Position numbers and translations under genes: made by a program. The notes below the pieces were generated by a model that made no database searches, had not been told where the DNA came from, and saw only the letters and a list, made by a program, of their open reading frames with translations. Of a DNA stretch of 64,000 nucleotides, positions 60,401-64,000 are shown piece by piece; the first letter of the stretch is position 1; every line of letters starts with the position of its first letter. The stretch lies in the NCBI RefSeq assembly GCF_009914755.1, contig NC_060927.1, one strand, 5' to 3'. Origin of the DNA: the human T2T-CHM13v2.0 reference genome, Homo sapiens.

Positions 60401-63400
60401 ACCCAAACTATACATTATATACTGTACATAAAATATGAAATTACATCAAATATATATTATATTAGGTACATAAAATATGAAAGTACATGAAGTATAGATT
60501 ATATACTGTACATAAAATATCAAAGTACCCCAAATTTATATTATATACTATACATGAAATATCAAAGTTCACAAACTATATATTATATACTGTACATAAA
60601 ATATCAAAGTACCCAAGGTATATATTCTATAGTGTACAAAAAATATCAAAGTACCCAAAGCATGTATTATATACCGTACATAAAATATAAAATTACATCA
60701 AATATATATTTTATTCTGTACATAAAATATCAAAGTACACCAGATATATATTCTATAGAGTACATAAAATATCAAAGTACCCAAACTATACATTACATAC
60801 TGTACATAAAATATGAAATTTCATCAAATATATATTATAATAGGTACATAAAATATGAAAGTACATCAAATATAGATTATATACTGTACATTAAATACGA
60901 AAGTACCCCAAATATATATTTTATACTGTACATGAAATATTAAAGTACCCAAGGTATATATTCTATACTGTACAAAAAATATCAAAGTACCCAAAGCATG
61001 TATTACAAACTGTACATAAAATATGAAAGTCCATCAAATATATATTTTATTCTGTACATAAAATATCAAAGTACACCAGATATATATTCTATAGTGTACA
61101 TAAAATATCAAAGTACCCAAACTATACATTATATACTGTACATAAAATATGAAATTACATCAAATATATATTATATTAGGTACATAAAATATGAAAGTAC
61201 ATCAAATATAGATTATATACTGTACATTAAGTACCAAAGTACCCCAAATATATATTTTATACTGTACATGAAATATCAAAGTTCACAAACTATATATTAT
61301 ATACTGTACATAAAATATCAAAGTACCCAAGGTATATATTCTATACTGTACAAAAAATATCAAAGTACCCAAAGCATGTATTATATACTGTACATAAAGT
61401 ATGAAAGTACATCAAATATATATTTTATTCTGTACATAAAATATCGAGGTACACCAGATATATATTCTATAGTGTACATAAAATATCAAAGTACCCAAAC
61501 TATAAATTATATACTGTACATAAAATATGAAATTACATCAAATATATATTATATTAGGTACATAAAATATGAAAGTACATCAAATATAGATTATATACTC
61601 TACATTAAATACCAAAGTACCCCAAATATATATTTTATACTGTACATGAAATATCAAAGTTCACAAAGTATATATTATATACTGTACATAAAATATCAAA
61701 GTACCCAAGGTATATATTCTATACTGTACAAAAGATATCAAAGTACCCAAAGCATGTATTATATACTGTACATAAAATATGAAAGTACATCATATATATA
61801 TTTTATTCTGTACATAAAATATTAAAGTACACCAGATATATATTCTATAGTGTACATAAAATATCAAAGTACCCAAACTATACATTATATACTGTACATA
61901 AAATATGAAATTACATCAAATATATATTAAGTACATAAAATATGAAAGTACATCAAATATGGATTATATACTGTACATAAAATATCAATGTACACCAAAT
62001 ATATATTATATACTCTACATGAAATATCAAAGTTCACAAACTATATATTGTATACTGTCCATAAAATATCAAAGTACCCAAGGTATATATTCTATACTGT
62101 ACAAAAAATATCAAAGTACCCAAAGGATGTATTATATAATGTACATAAAATATGAAAGTACATCAAATATATATTTTATTCTGTACATAAAATATCAAAG
62201 AACACCAGATATATATTCTATAGTGTACATAAAATATCAAAGTACCCAAACTATACATTATATACTGTACATAAAATATGAAATTACATCATATATATAT
62301 TAGGTACATAAAATATGAAAGTACATCAAATATATATTTTATTCTGTACATAAAATATCAAAGTACACCAGATATATATTCTATAGTGTACATAAAATAA
62401 CAAAGTACACAAACTATAAATTATATACTGTACATAAAATATGAAATTACATCAAATATATATTAGGTACATAAAATATGAAAGTACATCAAATATAGAT
62501 TATATACTGTACATATAATATCAATGTACCCAAAATATATATTTTATACTCTACATGAAATATCAAAGTTCACAAACCATATATTGTATACTGCACATAA
62601 AATATCAAAATACCCAAGGTATATATTCTATACTGTACAAAAAATATCAAAGTACCCAAAGCAGGTATTATATACTGTATATAAAATATGAAAGTACATC
62701 AAATATATATTTTATTCTGTACAAAAAATATCAAAGTACACCAGATATATATTCTATAGTGTACATAAAATATCAAGGTACCCAAACTATACATTATATA
62801 CTGTACATAAAATATGAAATTACATCAAATATATATTATATTAGGTACATAAAATACGAAAGTACATCAAATATAGATTATATACTGTACATAAAATATC
62901 AAAGTACCCCAATATATATTATATACTGTACATGAAATATCAAAGTTCACAAACTATATATTATGTACTGTACATAAAATATCAAAGTACCCAAGGTATA
63001 TATTCTATACTGTACAAAAAATATCAAAGTACCCAAAGCATGTATTATATAATGTACATAAAATATGAAAGTACATCAAATATATATTTTATTCTGTACA
63101 TAAAATATCAAAGAACACCAGATATATATTCTATAGTGTACATAAAATATCAAAGTACCCAAACTATACATTATATACTGTACATAAAATATGAAATTAC
63201 ATCATATATATATTAGGTACATAAAATATGAAAGTACATCAAATATATATTTTATTCTGTACATAAAATATCAAAGTACACCAGATATATATTCTATAGT
63301 GTACATAAAATAACAAAGTACACAAACTATAAATTATATACTGTACATAAAATATGAAATAACATCAAATATATAGTAGGTACATAAAATATGAAAGTAC

Positions 63401-64000
63401 ATCAAATATAGATTATATACTGTACATATAATATCAATGTACCCAAAATATATATTTTATACTCTACATGAAATATCAAAGTTCACAAACCATATATTGT
63501 ATACTGCACATAAAATATCAAAATACCCAAGGTATATATTCTATACTGTACAAAAAATATCAAAGTACCCAAAGCAGGTATTATATACTGTACATAAAAT
63601 ATGAAAGTACATCAAATATATATTTTATTCTGTACATAAAATATCAAAGTACACCAGATATATATTCTATAGCGTACATAAAATATCAAAGTACACAAAC
63701 TATACATTATATACTGTACATAAAATATGAAATTACATCAAATATATATTATATTAGGTACATAAAATATGAAAGTACATCAAATATAGATTATATACTG
63801 TAAATATAATATCAATGTACCCCAAATATATATTTTATACTCTACATGAAATATCAAAGTTCACAAACCATATATTATATACTGTACATAAAATATCAAA
63901 GTACCCAAGGTATATATTCTATACTGTACAAAAAATATCAAAGTACCCAAAGCATGTATTATACACTGTACATAAAATATGAAAGTACATCAAATATATA
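45500..64000 (+). repeat. ~10.1-10.4-kb near-identical tandem duplication (second copy runs off the window end)
   Basis: Offsets are 45665->56100, 46105->56540 and 47120->57555 = 10435, then 47990->58047 through 53411->63468 = 10057. Shared private variants include ATGACATATC, CTTTCCATAA, CCCATGGC, CCCTAGG, GAAATTTCATC and ATAGTAGG. Confidence 0.87.

Larger units (their letters stand above)
1..64000 (+). repeat. HSat1A (classical human Satellite I / SAR) tandem array, 42-bp monomer
   Basis: A continuous 42-bp period runs from end to end. The monomer is a 17-bp ACATAAAATAT(C/G)AAAGT half plus a 25-bp ACCCAAA..TATATTATATACTGT half, delimited by GTAC (RsaI) sites, which is the classical Satellite I A/B organisation. 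The sequence is very AT-rich with almost no CpG. Family assignment is from recall of the consensus. Species (human or other great ape) and chromosome cannot be fixed from this window. Confidence 0.95.

Noticed and set aside
86-63803. Over 150 + strand ORFs encoding Tyr/Ile/Lys-rich 14-aa repeats (up to 378 aa)
   Set aside because: These follow from a 42-bp monomer with one stop-free frame. Frameshifting 1-, 2- and 5-bp indels and nonsense changes are freely propagated, variants show no visible synonymous bias, and no domain is recognisable.
1-64000. CRISPR-like repeat/spacer appearance (conserved TGTACATAAAATAT alternating with a variable part)
   Set aside because: The 'spacers' are homologous to each other and cycle every nine monomers. 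There are no unique spacers, no leader and no cas genes.
1-64000. Alpha satellite, HSat2/3, HSat1B or telomeric identity
   Set aside because: There is no 171-bp period or CENP-B box, no CATTC pentamers, no Alu-containing ~2.4-kb unit and no TTAGGG arrays. The TTAGG in m7 is isolated.
1-64000. Assignment to a specific chromosome or species
   Set aside because: HSat1A arrays occur at several loci (chr3 and chr4 centromeric regions, acrocentric short arms) and in other great apes. Placement needs a k-mer search that I cannot run.

Overview
The whole 64-kb window is one uninterrupted, single-orientation, very AT-rich tandem satellite array. Its monomer is 42 bp (about TACATAAAATAT[C/G]AAAGTACCCAAACTATATATTATATACTG), and GTAC (RsaI) sites cut it into 17-bp and 25-bp halves. 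This matches human/great-ape classical Satellite I, i.e. HSat1A (RepBase SAR). Nine distinguishable monomers form a 378-bp higher-order unit, about 1,500 monomers in total. I see no genes, RNA genes, transposons or CRISPR arrays, and every listed ORF is an artefact of a 42-bp (14-codon) period with one stop-free frame. The informative content is the array's internal history. There are structural variant units (6-, 8-, 13- and 14-mers, plus 373/377/380-bp indel units) and nested multi-kb duplications with offsets of 1512/1889, 2262, 2646, 3292, 3758, about 6191, about 10.06-10.8 kb, about 15.6-17.5 kb and 30,039 bp. There is also a diverged single-copy island near 30.1-31.6 kb. Offsets were derived by hand from ORF-start coordinates and shared variants, so block boundaries are approximate. 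Two speculative RNA-level motifs also stand out: very dense Pumilio elements on the + strand and a complete poly(A)-signal layout on the - strand. I found no evidence for a novel protein-coding system.
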